From positions 64,001 through 128,000 of IMG/VR virus record IMGVR_UViG_3300009709_000002: DNA of 64,000 nucleotides; one strand, given 5' to 3'. Positions 12,056 to 23,086 of this stretch are shown here, in pieces; within the stretch, counting starts at the first letter, position 1, and every line of letters starts with the position of its first letter. Below the pieces are notes generated by a model that saw only the letters and a program-made list of their open reading frames with translations, did no database searches and was not told the DNA's origin. The position numbers and the translations under genes were made by a program. The DNA is from a virus. Lineage: Duplodnaviria > Heunggongvirae > Uroviricota > Caudoviricetes.

Positions 12056-15000
12056 ATGAAGCTCAATTTTCGACAGGGCGTGATCAGTTGTTTAACTGTC
12101 GGGCCATACAATACACCAGCCTATTTAGCCTACAATCAAAATGCAGGAACAGTTGACATTGTTGGTTCTGGATCTGCCGCTACGCAAGCTGTCGTACAGA
12201 TTACAGCTGCGTATCAAAATCATGACTATCTATACAATCAGTCATCGCCGCTAACACAAGCCTGGGGGCCATTTAGCTGGAATTCAGCTTGGGGAATTCA
12301 GCCATCTACTCCTACATACTACTTGTATTGGGACATTAACCTTGCTACTGGCTTGGTGACTCGTTCGTATACGCCATGGCAACCAATCTATAGAAGCGGT
12401 CCTCCGGTTGGAGTTCAAGCGGTTGACCAACATTGGTTTGATTTAAGCACAGATACTATGAATGTCTGGACCAGCGGAAGTTGGGCTCCAGTGATTCGTG
12501 TGTTCTCTGGCAGCATCTCTCCGATGAGCCAGGTACTCAATACATATCCGCTTGGCTCTCAGGTAGGATTGACATATCCTGATACGCTTAACTATCAACC
12601 AGAAGCTGGTTACATTCTTTACGGCATTGATCAAAATGCTATCAAGACTACAGCAGGGCAATTCCTCACTAGCGTATCACCACTTCTCACAAATCAAGGC
12701 GGAGTTTACACTTCACCGGTTCAGCTAGAAGCTCTATCTACGCAAGCAGTTGCGACTGAAGCTATCGCTGCATTTTCATGCGTAGCGATTACTGGCAATA
12801 ATCAAATAGGTCTTGCATCTAACACGGACGTTACACGCCGCGCGGTTGGTTTAGTCACAGCAGACTTGGCGATTGGTCAAGCAAGCAATATCATCTCTTA
12901 TGGTGCTGTCTACAATCCATTGTGGTCTTGGGATGTTCTGCTCGGCACTGACATTTATTGCGATGCAAACGGTCAGCTTTATCAGGGTCTTCCACTAACA
13001 GTTGTTCAAGGTGGTCAGAAGATCGGTTCTGTGCTTGGTCAAAATGCGATCATCATCGACATTGATATTTTTGGTCAATCTGCTCAGGCTGGGCCAACAG
13101 GTCCAGCTGGTGTTGCAGGTCCAACTGGCCCAATTGGTATCATTGGACCAACTGGACCAGCAGATGGTCCGACCGGCGCTACTGGACCAACTGGAGCTAC
13201 TGGTGTAGGTGCCACAGGACCATCTGGCGCTACCGGAGCTACGGGTGTTGCAGGTCCTACTGGTCCTACTGGTTTCATCGGTGGTGTAGGTCCTACTGGT
13301 CCTACTGGATTGGGTCCTACTGGTCCAACAGGATCTATGGGTCAACCTGGTGTAACTGGAGCTGCAGGTACTAATGGAGCCACCGGCCCGACTGGAGCTG
13401 CCGGCACTAATGGCACTAATGGTTCAACCGGTCCCACAGGAGCAACAGGACCGAGTGGAGCTGGTCCTACAGGTCCAACTGGATCTGGTTCAACAGGACC
13501 AACAGGTGCTATGGGTCAACCAGGAGCAACTGGCGCAGCAGGTTCGAATGGTGCTACAGGTCCAACGGGTGCAGCTGGCACTAACGGAACAAACGGAGCT
13601 ACAGGTCCAACAGGTGTAACAGGGCCAAGCGGTGCAGGGCCAACAGGCCCGACAGGATCTGGTGCTACTGGACCAACTGGACCAATGGGACAAATTGGCG
13701 TGACGGGTGCAGCTGGTACTAATGGAGCAACCGGCCCAACCGGCGCTTCTGGTGCGAATGGAACAAACGGATCTGATGGTGCAACAGGCCCAACCGGCGC
13801 TACTGGTCCCGGTGGTTCTGGACCAACTGGCCCAACAGGATCTGGCGGAACTGGTCCAACTGGTCCTATGGGTCAAATTGGTGGAACTGGTCCAACTGGT
13901 GCTACAGGTCCAACTGGCGCGAATGGTGCTGATTCAACCGTAGCTGGCCCAACTGGCCCAACCGGAGTTGGTGCTACTGGTCCTACTGGATCAGCTGGTA
14001 GTGCAGGTTCTAATGGAGCCACTGGTCCAACCGGAGCGGCCGGAACAGCTGGTCCAACTGGTTCTGCTGGAGCTAATGGCGCAACAGGACCGACTGGAGC
14101 AGCTGGTTCTGCTGGCGCAACAGGTCCAACAGGAGCCACTGGAGCTCAGGGCGCCGCATCAACAGTGACTGGTCCAACTGGTGCAAATGGATCTAATGGA
14201 GCAACAGGACCAACTGGTGCAGCTTCAACTGTGACCGGTCCAACAGGTCCTTCTATCACTGGCCCAACTGGTGCCGCTTCGACAGTCACTGGTCCTACAG
14301 GTCCAACAGGAGCACAAGGTGCAGCTTCTACGGTTACAGGACCAACTGGTCCGATTGTAACAGGACCAACAGGACCAACAGGAGCGGCTTCCACAGTCAC
14401 AGGCCCAACAGGATGGACTGGTCCGCAAGGCGCTGCATCTACGGTAACTGGACCGAATGGAGCCACTGGTCCCACTGGTGCTCAAGGTGCTGCATCTACT
14501 GTGACTGGCCCTACTGGCCCAAGCGTCACTGGCCCTACAGGCGCTGCATCTACTATAACTGGACCGACCGGCTGGACTGGTCCTCAAGGTGCCGCTTCAA
14601 CCGTAACAGGACCTACAGGAGCAACTGGTCCAACAGGAGCACAAGGTGCAGCTTCTACTGTTACGGGACCAACTGGTCCAAGTGTAACTGGACCAACAGG
14701 AGCAGCTTCCACCGTCACTGGTCCAACAGGTTGGACCGGTCCTCAAGGTGCAGCAAGCACAGTAACAGGACCAACTGGTGATAAAGGACCAACAGGACCA
14801 ACTGGTGCAGCAAGCACAGTAACAGGTCCGACTGGTCCAAGTGTAACTGGGCCCACAGGAGCAGCCTCGACTGTCACCGGACCGACTGGCTGGACTGGAC
14901 CACAAGGAGCTGCTTCGACTGTCACTGGACCTACTGGTCCTAGCGTTACAGGCCCTACAGGCCCAGCTGGTTCTTATGGAGCGCAATCTGCTAGCACGGT

Positions 15001-18000
15001 TTTGGCCGGACCTACAACAGGATCAGCTGTTCCAACGTTTAGACAGCTTAGTAATCTAGATATCACTGGTTTTGGAACCATGTCGACGCAAAATGCGTCT
15101 GCTGTAGCTATCACAGGTGGTTCAATTAATGGCACTCCTGTAGGCATAGGTACTGCGGCTGCTGGCGCGTTCACGACACTAACTGCTACTACTCCAGCTC
15201 AGTTTGATAATAGCACTAATGCTGCAACTACGGCGTTTGTTCAGCGCGCGCTTGGTAACTTCCAACAAAGCGCGCAAATTACTGCGACGACTACACTAAC
15301 TGCAGCAAATGCCGGTATCGCATATCAAATCACTGGTGGTTATACGATCACGCTTCCAGTCTTTGCTACGGTGAGCACAGGCGCGGCATTTTCATTCTCG
15401 TCAAATGTGGTAGGTCCGGCGACGATTCAAAGAAATAGCACTAGCGATCCAACGATAACCTGGGGTGAAACGTCATCAGCTTCAATTTCACTTGGATCTG
15501 GCGACACAATTGTCATAGTTGCGGTGGGAGGCATTTGGCTTGCTTTTGGTGGTTCTGTGGCAATCGCTAATTCATATGCAATTATCAATCGTTACGCTCA
15601 GCTGGCATCACCTAACTTAACAGGCACTCCAACAGTGCCAACAGCTGCACAATTCACCAGCACAACGCAAGCTGCATCAACTGCATTTGTGATGGCGTCT
15701 GGACTTCACTTCCAGAATGCGGCTGGTATAGGTTTAAGCTCATCCATTACTCTTACGCTCAGCCAGCTTAATCATTGGGGACAATTTCAAGCGGCCGGTG
15801 TGACAGTAACTATGCCAGCACTTGCAACCGTATTGATAGGATCAACATTTACTTTCTTTGGTGGATCAACTGGCGGTACGATCAAGGGCAACGCTTCAGA
15901 AACTATTCAAACTGCTTCTAGCGTTATATCTAATACTTTCTCGGTAGCTATTGGCGAGTGTATTACTATCGTGGCAAACGGTTCTGGTGGAAGCTGGTAC
16001 GTTTCTAGTGATGGTTTATCAGCTGCACAAATCGCTGCACTCTATGCGCCGCTAGCTTCAGCTCCTCTAACTGGAACACCGACAGCTCCAACCGCTGCGA
16101 TTGGAACTAACACGACGCAATTAGCAACGACAGCTTTTGTTCAAAAAAGCGTTGGTAGTTTTGCAGGGTTTACAGCGTATAACGCAAATACAACACTAAC
16201 GAATGCCGTAGCTAATTTTGCTATTCAAAGCTATGGATCATCGCCGACGTTTACACTACCAGTTGGTTCAACAATGGTGTCCGGAAATACCATCACTTTC
16301 TATAATGATGGTTCTGGCGTTTTGACTATTACAACCCAGGGTAGTGACATCATTTGGGGTGGATCTAATGAACAGCCTGTAGCGCTTCAGCCTGGTGATA
16401 ATCTTGAAGTTATGTCACGTGGTGGAACTGAATGGGACATTGTTGGTGGTACTGGATCGCTGCAGTATGTGAAAGCACCACGAATGACGCAGCCGGTCAT
16501 CACTGGCCAAACGAATATCACTGGAACTGGCTCAGGCACGATCAATCTTTCAATTTCAGATACCACCAACGCTAATGGCGCAGGTATTTTTCTTGCTGGA
16601 AATGGATCAACAACACCAAACAAGAGCATTCGATCGCAAGGCGGTCAACTTCAAGTAGTTAATAGTGGATATACTGCAACTATTCTGTCATTGGATGATT
16701 CTGGTGACTTGAATGTTTCTGGTAAAGCCAACGCCAATAATAATCCAAATTTGTTGTACAATGGATCGGGAGAATTTGGTGCAACAGGCTGGGTTCTCGG
16801 AACACTAGGCACGTTTGCCGCAACGGTTGACACGTCTGGCGGCTATGGCAGCTACTTTGGAAACACAACTTCGCTGACTACTGCAACATTTAGCGTCAAC
16901 GGTCCACAAGTCACGGTTGGCCCTAGTGTAACGCTAACGATGACAATTGACGTCGCTAACCAAGCTACCGCTGGTACGGTGTCGATATCTCTAGCAGCGT
17001 TTAATAGCAGCGGTACATTCATTAGCAATGTTGCTACCCAAGCTGTTGCGAACGGAACTGGTTCTACAAGATACACGATGTCAGGAACTACGCCTGCCGC
17101 TACTGCGTATGTAGTTCCATATCCTCTCAATATGACTGGAGTGACAGCGGCTGCATATGGAATAACATTCAGAAGAATCAAAATTGAAGCTGGTTTGATT
17201 CCTTCAATGTATTCAACTGAAGCTGACTTAGCTATCACTACAACAGCGCCGGCAAGCACGGTGTATACTCCTGGCGCTGGCGCAACAAGCATCACCACGG
17301 CGGGTTACACGGTTGGATATGTTCAGGTCTACAAGAATAATTTGAAGTTGATTTCTGGCACTGATTTTACCGCCACAAATGGTCAAACGATTACATTGGC
17401 GGTGGCTGCAACTGCTCAAGATCGTTATGAGGTGCTAGTTTCGGTTGCTTACTCAACGTCAACGGTATTCAATCCAACAAGCACCGTAACAACCGTAGCG
17501 TCAGGTAGTTCTACCATAACAGTTGGTTACATTCCTGGATGGGTTTGGGTCTTCCAGAACAATGACAAGTTGATTCCTGGCCAGGATTACACCGCAGCGA
17601 ACGGTTCAACCATCACGTTGACAAGTCCTTCAACGAGCTCATCAGACACGTATGAAGTTGTAACGTTCCAGCCGTTTGCAGTGAATGGTATGCTTCCACT
17701 TACGGGCGGAACTCTTACTGGAGCCTTGAATAGCTCAGCATCAATCACCAGCTCTGCGGCTATAACAACAACCGCTGGTAATCTCGTGTCTTATGGATAT
17801 GGTGGAACTAACACCACAGGTAGGCTTACTCTAAATCAGGCAGGAACAGCTTATCTGTATTTTGATGGAACAAATTACAATTTGCCAGCCGGTAATTTGA
17901 TAGTCAATGGAACGCAGGTTGCTATTCTTGGTTTGAATACATTCACCGCCGACCAAACAATCTATCAAAATAGCACATTATCTTCACGATTGCTTCTTAA

Positions 18001-18643
18001 AGCTGGTACTTATACTCCATTCTTGAGAAGCAATAGCACGACAGCTGCTATTGAAACTGTGAACAGCGCTAATACAGCAGTTACATTGACGATTGGTGAT
18101 ACTGGTGTTATTGCTGCGCTTCAGCAATTTAAAGTCTCATCAACTGCAAACATTATCAGATTCCAGGCTACTGGTTATGGCAATGGTCAAGGTTTTGGCA
18201 TGAACTTTACAGCAGGTGTGACAGCTGCAACAAACGCTGCTAACCCTGTTGTATTTTACAACTACAATAGTTCATTAGTTGGTTCGATTACACACACCGA
18301 TTCTGCGACATCATTTAACACTACATCTGATTATCGTCTTAAAGAAAATGTAATCTCTTTGGATAGAGCTTTGGATAGACTTGCTAAAGCTAATCCAATT
18401 CGATTCAACTTTATCAATGACTCAACAAAGAGAGAAATTGACGGCTTTCTTGCGCATGAAATTGCTGACGTGGTTCCAGAAGCAGTTCACGGTGAAAAAG
18501 ACGCGGTTGATGGTGATGAAATTGTAGCACAGCAAGTTGATCATTCCAAACTTGTCCCTCTACTTACAGCATCTATTTTGGAACTCAAACAACAACTTGA
18601 TTTTGCACTTCAAGAAATTGCAAAATTGAAAGAAGGAAAGTAA
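12056..18643 (+). CDS. Long collagen-like tail fibre with C-terminal peptidase S74 intramolecular chaperone
   Basis: 2195 aa; MKLNFRQG N-domain, Gly-X-Y region, fibre repeats ([14 protein letters not shown]), [16 protein letters not shown]74 motif and coiled-coil end. Confidence 0.9.
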   Translation: MKLNFRQGVISCLTVGPYNTPAYLAYNQNAGTVDIVGSGSAATQAVVQITAAYQNHDYLYNQSSPLTQAWGPFSWNSAWGIQPSTPTYYLYWDINLATGLVTRSYTPWQPIYRSGPPVGVQAVDQHWFDLSTDTMNVWTSGSWAPVIRVFSGSISPMSQVLNTYPLGSQVGLTYPDTLNYQPEAGYILYGIDQNAIKTTAGQFLTSVSPLLTNQGGVYTSPVQLEALSTQAVATEAIAAFSCVAITGNNQIGLASNTDVTRRAVGLVTADLAIGQASNIISYGAVYNPLWSWDVLLGTDIYCDANGQLYQGLPLTVVQGGQKIGSVLGQNAIIIDIDIFGQSAQAGPTGPAGVAGPTGPIGIIGPTGPADGPTGATGPTGATGVGATGPSGATGATGVAGPTGPTGFIGGVGPTGPTGLGPTGPTGSMGQPGVTGAAGTNGATGPTGAAGTNGTNGSTGPTGATGPSGAGPTGPTGSGSTGPTGAMGQPGATGAAGSNGATGPTGAAGTNGTNGATGPTGVTGPSGAGPTGPTGSGATGPTGPMGQIGVTGAAGTNGATGPTGASGANGTNGSDGATGPTGATGPGGSGPTGPTGSGGTGPTGPMGQIGGTGPTGATGPTGANGADSTVAGPTGPTGVGATGPTGSAGSAGSNGATGPTGAAGTAGPTGSAGANGATGPTGAAGSAGATGPTGATGAQGAASTVTGPTGANGSNGATGPTGAASTVTGPTGPSITGPTGAASTVTGPTGPTGAQGAASTVTGPTGPIVTGPTGPTGAASTVTGPTGWTGPQGAASTVTGPNGATGPTGAQGAASTVTGPTGPSVTGPTGAASTITGPTGWTGPQGAASTVTGPTGATGPTGAQGAASTVTGPTGPSVTGPTGAASTVTGPTGWTGPQGAASTVTGPTGDKGPTGPTGAASTVTGPTGPSVTGPTGAASTVTGPTGWTGPQGAASTVTGPTGPSVTGPTGPAGSYGAQSASTVLAGPTTGSAVPTFRQLSNLDITGFGTMSTQNASAVAITGGSINGTPVGIGTAAAGAFTTLTATTPAQFDNSTNAATTAFVQRALGNFQQSAQITATTTLTAANAGIAYQITGGYTITLPVFATVSTGAAFSFSSNVVGPATIQRNSTSDPTITWGETSSASISLGSGDTIVIVAVGGIWLAFGGSVAIANSYAIINRYAQLASPNLTGTPTVPTAAQFTSTTQAASTAFVMASGLHFQNAAGIGLSSSITLTLSQLNHWGQFQAAGVTVTMPALATVLIGSTFTFFGGSTGGTIKGNASETIQTASSVISNTFSVAIGECITIVANGSGGSWYVSSDGLSAAQIAALYAPLASAPLTGTPTAPTAAIGTNTTQLATTAFVQKSVGSFAGFTAYNANTTLTNAVANFAIQSYGSSPTFTLPVGSTMVSGNTITFYNDGSGVLTITTQGSDIIWGGSNEQPVALQPGDNLEVMSRGGTEWDIVGGTGSLQYVKAPRMTQPVITGQTNITGTGSGTINLSISDTTNANGAGIFLAGNGSTTPNKSIRSQGGQLQVVNSGYTATILSLDDSGDLNVSGKANANNNPNLLYNGSGEFGATGWVLGTLGTFAATVDTSGGYGSYFGNTTSLTTATFSVNGPQVTVGPSVTLTMTIDVANQATAGTVSISLAAFNSSGTFISNVATQAVANGTGSTRYTMSGTTPAATAYVVPYPLNMTGVTAAAYGITFRRIKIEAGLIPSMYSTEADLAITTTAPASTVYTPGAGATSITTAGYTVGYVQVYKNNLKLISGTDFTATNGQTITLAVAATAQDRYEVLVSVAYSTSTVFNPTSTVTTVASGSSTITVGYIPGWVWVFQNNDKLIPGQDYTAANGSTITLTSPSTSSSDTYEVVTFQPFAVNGMLPLTGGTLTGALNSSASITSSAAITTTAGNLVSYGYGGTNTTGRLTLNQAGTAYLYFDGTNYNLPAGNLIVNGTQVAILGLNTFTADQTIYQNSTLSSRLLLKAGTYTPFLRSNSTTAAIETVNSANTAVTLTIGDTGVIAALQQFKVSSTANIIRFQATGYGNGQGFGMNFTAGVTAATNAANPVVFYNYNSSLVGSITHTDSATSFNTTSDYRLKENVISLDRALDRLAKANPIRFNFINDSTKREIDGFLAHEIADVVPEAVHGEKDAVDGDEIVAQQVDHSKLVPLLTASILELKQQLDFALQEIAKLKEGK

Positions 18644-19834
18644 ATGACAACTACAAATTCTCAACTTTCGGCGCGGCTCGTCGACATATTTGGGCCGCTA
18701 ACATCAGCGGTTCCAACTGCTATCTCCGGCAATTTGATGGTATCACCGGCAGGTAACATACTCATCGGATCTACAACCGATGACACGTCAAATAAGCTTC
18801 AAGTTACAGGCCAGTTTAAGTCAACGAGCACAGCGACGATTGGCACAGGACTAGCTAATTACGTGTCGATAGCTGGAGCAGCTACAACAAACTATCCAAC
18901 AATTACCACCGCAGGAACTGATGCTAACCCTTCATTGTATCTTAGTGCCAAAGGTACTACTGGTCAGGTTGTTATAGGTGCAACCGGTGGGCTAAGCGTT
19001 AGCGCCACGGCGTATGTTGCTGGCGCAGCAACCTTGAATACAACTCTTACAGTCAACGGAGTTGCCACTTTCAACGGGTCTGGCGTAATAGCAACTGCAA
19101 TGAATAGTTTAGGCCAGTTTGTAGCAACAACCGGGTCTTATGGCGCTGGCATGCGAAATGATGGAACAAATTTCTATTTGCTACAAACTGCATCAGGCTC
19201 TCCAACTGGCAGCTTTAATTCTTATAGACCATTTTCATGGACCCTGGCTACCGGAGCTGTTCAAATTGATGGTACTGCTGCAGGAACATTAATTAGTACA
19301 ACCACGAGATATTCTTCATCCGACACCGTGAACATTGGTGGATCACTGTGCACACAAAATGGATATAGATGCCGGTCTGGTAATGCGGGATCAATTGGTA
19401 ACATTTTCAATTTTTATTGGACTTCTTCATCAACCGTTCAAGTTTGGATCGACGCAACAAACGTCGGAACCATGACATTAACGTCCGATGCGCGAATCAA
19501 GCATTCTATTAAGACTAATGAAGATGATCTTCTAGACAAGGTGCTTGGCTTACGAGTAGTAGATTATCGTATCGCCGATGTTGACATCTTTAAAGATGAT
19601 GGTAAGACAAAGCTCGGGTATATCGCTGGTGAAGTTCAATCAATTTTTCCGCAAGCTGTTCATGGTGAAAAAGATGCTCTGACGGCAGAAGGTGGGATTC
19701 AGCCGCAAACTCTCGATCCAATTCCACTTATAGCGGCTCACACCGGAGCCGTGCAAAGATTACATGAGAAGTTTGAAGCGATGGCAAATAGAATTGCTGA
19801 GCTAGAAGTACAGCTTAACAAGATGAAGGTATAA
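18644..19834 (+). CDS. Tail fibre protein with peptidase S74 chaperone domain
   Basis: TSDARIK..GYIAGEVQ..AV motif; starts immediately after the previous stop. Confidence 0.85.
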   Translation: MTTTNSQLSARLVDIFGPLTSAVPTAISGNLMVSPAGNILIGSTTDDTSNKLQVTGQFKSTSTATIGTGLANYVSIAGAATTNYPTITTAGTDANPSLYLSAKGTTGQVVIGATGGLSVSATAYVAGAATLNTTLTVNGVATFNGSGVIATAMNSLGQFVATTGSYGAGMRNDGTNFYLLQTASGSPTGSFNSYRPFSWTLATGAVQIDGTAAGTLISTTTRYSSSDTVNIGGSLCTQNGYRCRSGNAGSIGNIFNFYWTSSSTVQVWIDATNVGTMTLTSDARIKHSIKTNEDDLLDKVLGLRVVDYRIADVDIFKDDGKTKLGYIAGEVQSIFPQAVHGEKDALTAEGGIQPQTLDPIPLIAAHTGAVQRLHEKFEAMANRIAELEVQLNKMKV

Positions 19835-19835
19835 G

Positions 19836-20711
19836 ATGGCAGCAAATACAAGTGAGTTAATGACGCGATTGATTGATTTGTTCGGTCCAGTCGCTTCAGC
19901 AGACCCAACAAAGCTCTATAGCAATTTGATGGTGTCACCTGCTGGTAACATTTTGATCGGATCTGTCACAGACAATGGAACAAATAAGCTTCAAGTAACT
20001 GGATCAATCAAAACAACAGTTGGTGTTACGTTTCCAGACGGCACCACAGCTGCCACCGCTAATACACCGGGAGCTCTTGCGAATATTCAAGTGTTCACAG
20101 CTAGTGGAACGTATACTCCAACTACTGGTGTAACTAAAGTCATTGTAGAAATACAAGCTGCTGGCGGTGGCGGTGGCGGATGCGTTGCATCTAACGGCAC
20201 AAACTGTGGAGTTTCACAGTGCGGCGGCGCTGGCGGCTATATCCTTACTAAGATTACTAGCGGTTTTTCTGGAGCATCAGTTGTTGTTGGGGCAGCTGGA
20301 ACAGCTGGTACTACGGCTGGTGCAGCAGGTGGCACTGGTGGAAGTTCATCATTCGCAGGTGTAACTGCTGTTGGCGGTGGTGGTGGAGCTGGCTCGCTAG
20401 TTAATCAAACCGGTCCACAAAATACTCAAGCAGCTGGCGGCGGATCGGCTAGCGGAGGGACGATTTTGAACATTTCGGGTCAATATGGCACAGACTCAAA
20501 TTATTCAATCGGTACTAACTTAGCTATTTGGGGAAATGGTGGGAGCTGCAGGATGGGATCTGGTGCCAAAGCAGTGCTTAATTCTACAGGTGTAAATGCT
20601 ACTGGCTATGGTGGAGGCGGCGGTGGTATTATTCAAACAACGTCTGGGACAACGGCAAGAGCTGGCGGCGCTGGATCTCCTGGCATCGTTATCGTGTGGG
20701 AATACTACTAA
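19836..20711 (+). CDS. Glycine-rich tail fibre-associated protein
   Basis: FTASGTYTP..VEIQAAGGGGG..GIVIVWEY glycine-rich domain; N-terminus paralogous to 18644. Confidence 0.8.
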   Translation: MAANTSELMTRLIDLFGPVASADPTKLYSNLMVSPAGNILIGSVTDNGTNKLQVTGSIKTTVGVTFPDGTTAATANTPGALANIQVFTASGTYTPTTGVTKVIVEIQAAGGGGGGCVASNGTNCGVSQCGGAGGYILTKITSGFSGASVVVGAAGTAGTTAGAAGGTGGSSSFAGVTAVGGGGGAGSLVNQTGPQNTQAAGGGSASGGTILNISGQYGTDSNYSIGTNLAIWGNGGSCRMGSGAKAVLNSTGVNATGYGGGGGGIIQTTSGTTARAGGAGSPGIVIVWEYY

Positions 20712-20721
20712 GCTACTAAGC

Positions 20722-20748
20722 AAAAAGCCGGGAATTCCCGGCTTTTTT
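20722..20748. terminator. Bidirectional intrinsic terminator
   Basis: AAAAAGCCGGGAATTCCCGGCTTTTTT between convergent genes. Confidence 0.85.
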
Positions 20749-21650
20749 CATTCTTCTTCTTTCTGAAGTTTCTTCGGCATCTTCAATTTCTTATTCTTGA
20801 TACCATCTCTCGCCATGTCGAGAATCGCGTCTTTGTGCTCTTTATGAGGAAATTCATCGTCATGAATAGCGTCATGAACTTGATCAAATGTCATCAGATC
20901 CTTCGCTTTATACTTCTTTCCAAAGAGAATCCCAGCGATCTTGTCTGGATTGTTGGTGACGAGATTCTTATCTCCAACTGTGCGCCAGTTCTTAGTAGGT
21001 TTCCCGCTTAGACCAATCTTGGTTTGTTTTCCACGAAGTAGACCCTTACCAAGATCAAAGAAGTGACGTTCAACATTCATCTTGTCATCATCTTCCTGAA
21101 CGCCAGCAAACTTCGACACGGCGTAAAGCAGCTCGTTTCTGTGAGCTCCCTTCAATCCTTTATTCATGTCTTCTGGTGCGGCGTGGTAAGACCAGCTAGC
21201 ATACTTCAAGCTGTCTACCGGCATCAAATCCACCTGCGCAAACGTATCACCGATCTTGTAGGCGAAGCTGTAAACGTCTAACCCTGGCATCGAGCGGTAG
21301 AGCTTGTCCATGCCATGCTTTCCTTCATGCTTTTTAGCCATGCGGTGGGCTGCGTGATCAATAAGCTTTCGTGCACCGTCATTGTCAATCTGGTTTGACT
21401 GTGCTACTGCTGGAAGTCGAATGCCGATGTCGATGTCACCAGAAGTCTCACCCTTCGGTTTCTTTCCTGCAGAGCCAAGCACAGCGAGATCCTCAGGTTG
21501 GATATTCAACTCAAAAGCAATCTTATTCAAGAGAGTAGGAAGCACCTCTTTTATCTTATCTTGATCAATCGGCATGGCAATTTTCACCGCATTACCACCC
21601 TCTACAAGGATTGATTCTTGCAAAAATGTCTTAAAAGAGCTCAATTTCAT
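20748..21650 (-). CDS. Pol-beta superfamily nucleotidyltransferase-like protein, probable head-internal protein
   Basis: LGSAGKK..SGDIDI and QVDLM motifs; start MKLSSFKTFLQE with GAGG SD; late motif at 21677-21683. Confidence 0.65.
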   Translation of the reverse strand: MKLSSFKTFLQESILVEGGNAVKIAMPIDQDKIKEVLPTLLNKIAFELNIQPEDLAVLGSAGKKPKGETSGDIDIGIRLPAVAQSNQIDNDGARKLIDHAAHRMAKKHEGKHGMDKLYRSMPGLDVYSFAYKIGDTFAQVDLMPVDSLKYASWSYHAAPEDMNKGLKGAHRNELLYAVSKFAGVQEDDDKMNVERHFFDLGKGLLRGKQTKIGLSGKPTKNWRTVGDKNLVTNNPDKIAGILFGKKYKAKDLMTFDQVHDAIHDDEFPHKEHKDAILDMARDGIKNKKLKMPKKLQKEEE

Positions 21651-21706
21651 GGTCCTCATTCTCTATATGATATGTCTATTTATGCTACCAAGCTTCAAAA
21701 ACGACA

Positions 21707-21730
21707 AAGCCCGGAAATTTCCGGGCTTTG
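21707..21730 (-). terminator. Intrinsic terminator
   Basis: AAAGCCCGGAAATTTCCGGGCTTT palindrome downstream of 21750..22151. Confidence 0.75.
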
Positions 21731-21749
21731 GTGAAACTGACGAGCTTTT

Positions 21750-22151
21750 TTAGTTCATCAGCAGAGAGTGAGTCTGCTTGTAGGTCAAATTGAATTGCTT
21801 CGCCAATTTTTCAAGCATCGCGGTGAGCGTGAGGGACGCTTCACGTTGCAGGGTGCGGAATGACAGCTCTAAGTCACGCTGTTCTTTGAAGGAGATCGAA
21901 CGGCCTTCGGGCTCATTTTCACTTTGCACATGCTTGATTACACCTTCTACCTGCTTCACCTTACGAGGACGGCCGCGGGTTTTCTTTTCTACTACTGGTG
22001 CTTCTTCTGTCTCCTCGCTGTCAACCGGAGGTTTGTAATTCGTCATCTGAGTGATCAGGCCGACGAGGGTGTTGGGGACGATTGCTTCGGTGGAGAGAGT
22101 TTGCATGAAAGAGGCGTCATCATGCACTTGGATGTTCGATTGCGTTTCCAC
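21750..22151 (-). CDS. Hypothetical protein with AT-hook
   Basis: KKTRGRPRK motif; AAGGA SD; promoter TTCACA-N17-TACTAT at 22244-22272. Confidence 0.65.
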   Translation of the reverse strand: METQSNIQVHDDASFMQTLSTEAIVPNTLVGLITQMTNYKPPVDSEETEEAPVVEKKTRGRPRKVKQVEGVIKHVQSENEPEGRSISFKEQRDLELSFRTLQREASLTLTAMLEKLAKQFNLTYKQTHSLLMN

Positions 22152-22277
22152 GTTCTTGTCCTTCGGGTTGCTAAAGTTCGGTAGATCTCAAGAGCAAAGC
22201 AACCCGAGAATTTCTGTTTGTTATCGGTTGGATAACGAAATTGATAGTATCACAAGATTTAACACTTGTGAAATATT

Positions 22278-22466
22278 TTACAACTTAAGTTTCTTGCGGA
22301 GGTCGGCCAGTTCAATCTCAGCTTTGATAGCGCTGAAAAGAGCTGTGAAAGTGATGATGTGCATCGGGTTCAGAGACGGAACCAAAGCACAGATTACGAT
22401 CGCCATGACAACTAGTAACGCCGAGCTCAAGAATGCTCTTGTGGTGGAGTCCAAGATAAAATCCAT
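22278..22466 (-). CDS. Small membrane protein
   Basis: Two hydrophobic segments; directly follows the 22468 ORF. Confidence 0.5.
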   Translation of the reverse strand: MDFILDSTTRAFLSSALLVVMAIVICALVPSLNPMHIITFTALFSAIKAEIELADLRKKLKL

Positions 22467-22467
22467 G

Positions 22468-22716
22468 TTAGGCTACGAAATTGGGAGCTTCAGGATAGAC
22501 TTCCCAGTAGAGGTGAATCCAACCGGGCGCGATGTAGTGGCTTTTGCCACTCGAATCGAGCAGCCGATGACCACCACTTTTACTGACATGCAGGTGAGTC
22601 GGTTCTTTGATCGTAACTTCTACGGTCTGAACTGTGCTAACCTTTGATTGAAAGACGTACGTTCGGTACTTCTCACTGCTGATGTCAACAAACTCAAGTT
22701 TGCTTTCATTCTTCAT
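22468..22716 (-). CDS. Hypothetical protein
   Basis: 82 aa, AAGGAG SD right after the tmRNA CCA. Confidence 0.65.
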   Translation of the reverse strand: MKNESKLEFVDISSEKYRTYVFQSKVSTVQTVEVTIKEPTHLHVSKSGGHRLLDSSGKSHYIAPGWIHLYWEVYPEAPNFVA

Positions 22717-22728
22717 TATAGTACTCCT

Positions 22729-23083
22729 TGGTGGACCTGCGCGGAGTCGAACCGCGGTCTTTGAGTCATTTCCAGATACCGTCTACACTCATAGTTCCGT
22801 TGGTCATTTAGTCGATCAACAAAGCCCAAGCTGGCAAAGCGTGTTGATCCAAGCTCGCTAAATCTTAATTCACGGCCGCAAACGAGTCACATGAATCTAG
22901 TCAGTCAATCGGATGACCCGGCAATAAAGTAGGACTGACACTCTCTACTCGCCGAGCTTACGCTGCTAGAGCGTAAGAGCTGTCGTTAGACGCTGCGGTT
23001 ACTTCTGTTGCTCTGTTTAACGTCAGTTGCATGACGGAGTGCGGATAAACGAATTCTACCCAAATCTACACCATTTCAGGCCC
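22729..23083 (-). ncRNA. ssrA: tmRNA (SsrA)
   Basis: Acceptor stem GGGCCTG/CAGGTCC-ACCA with G3:U alanine determinant; T-arm CGCGG-TTCGACT-CCGCG; 355 nt; internal tag frame 22996-22958 AASNDSSYALAA*. Confidence 0.95.
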
Positions 23084-23086
23084 AGA

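Noticed and set aside
1-15000. CRISPR array or DNA tandem repeat in the repetitive region
   Set aside because: Repeats are protein-level Gly-X-Y with varied codons; there is no repeat-spacer structure and no cas genes.
182-15174. Numerous alternative-frame and antisense ORFs over the collagen genes
   Set aside because: Shadow ORFs produced by the stop-poor triplet repeat.
12056-20711. Diversity-generating retroelement or invertase shufflon acting on fibre tips
   Set aside because: No reverse transcriptase or recombinase in the window, and no adenine-specific TR/VR pair or inverted crossover sites seen.
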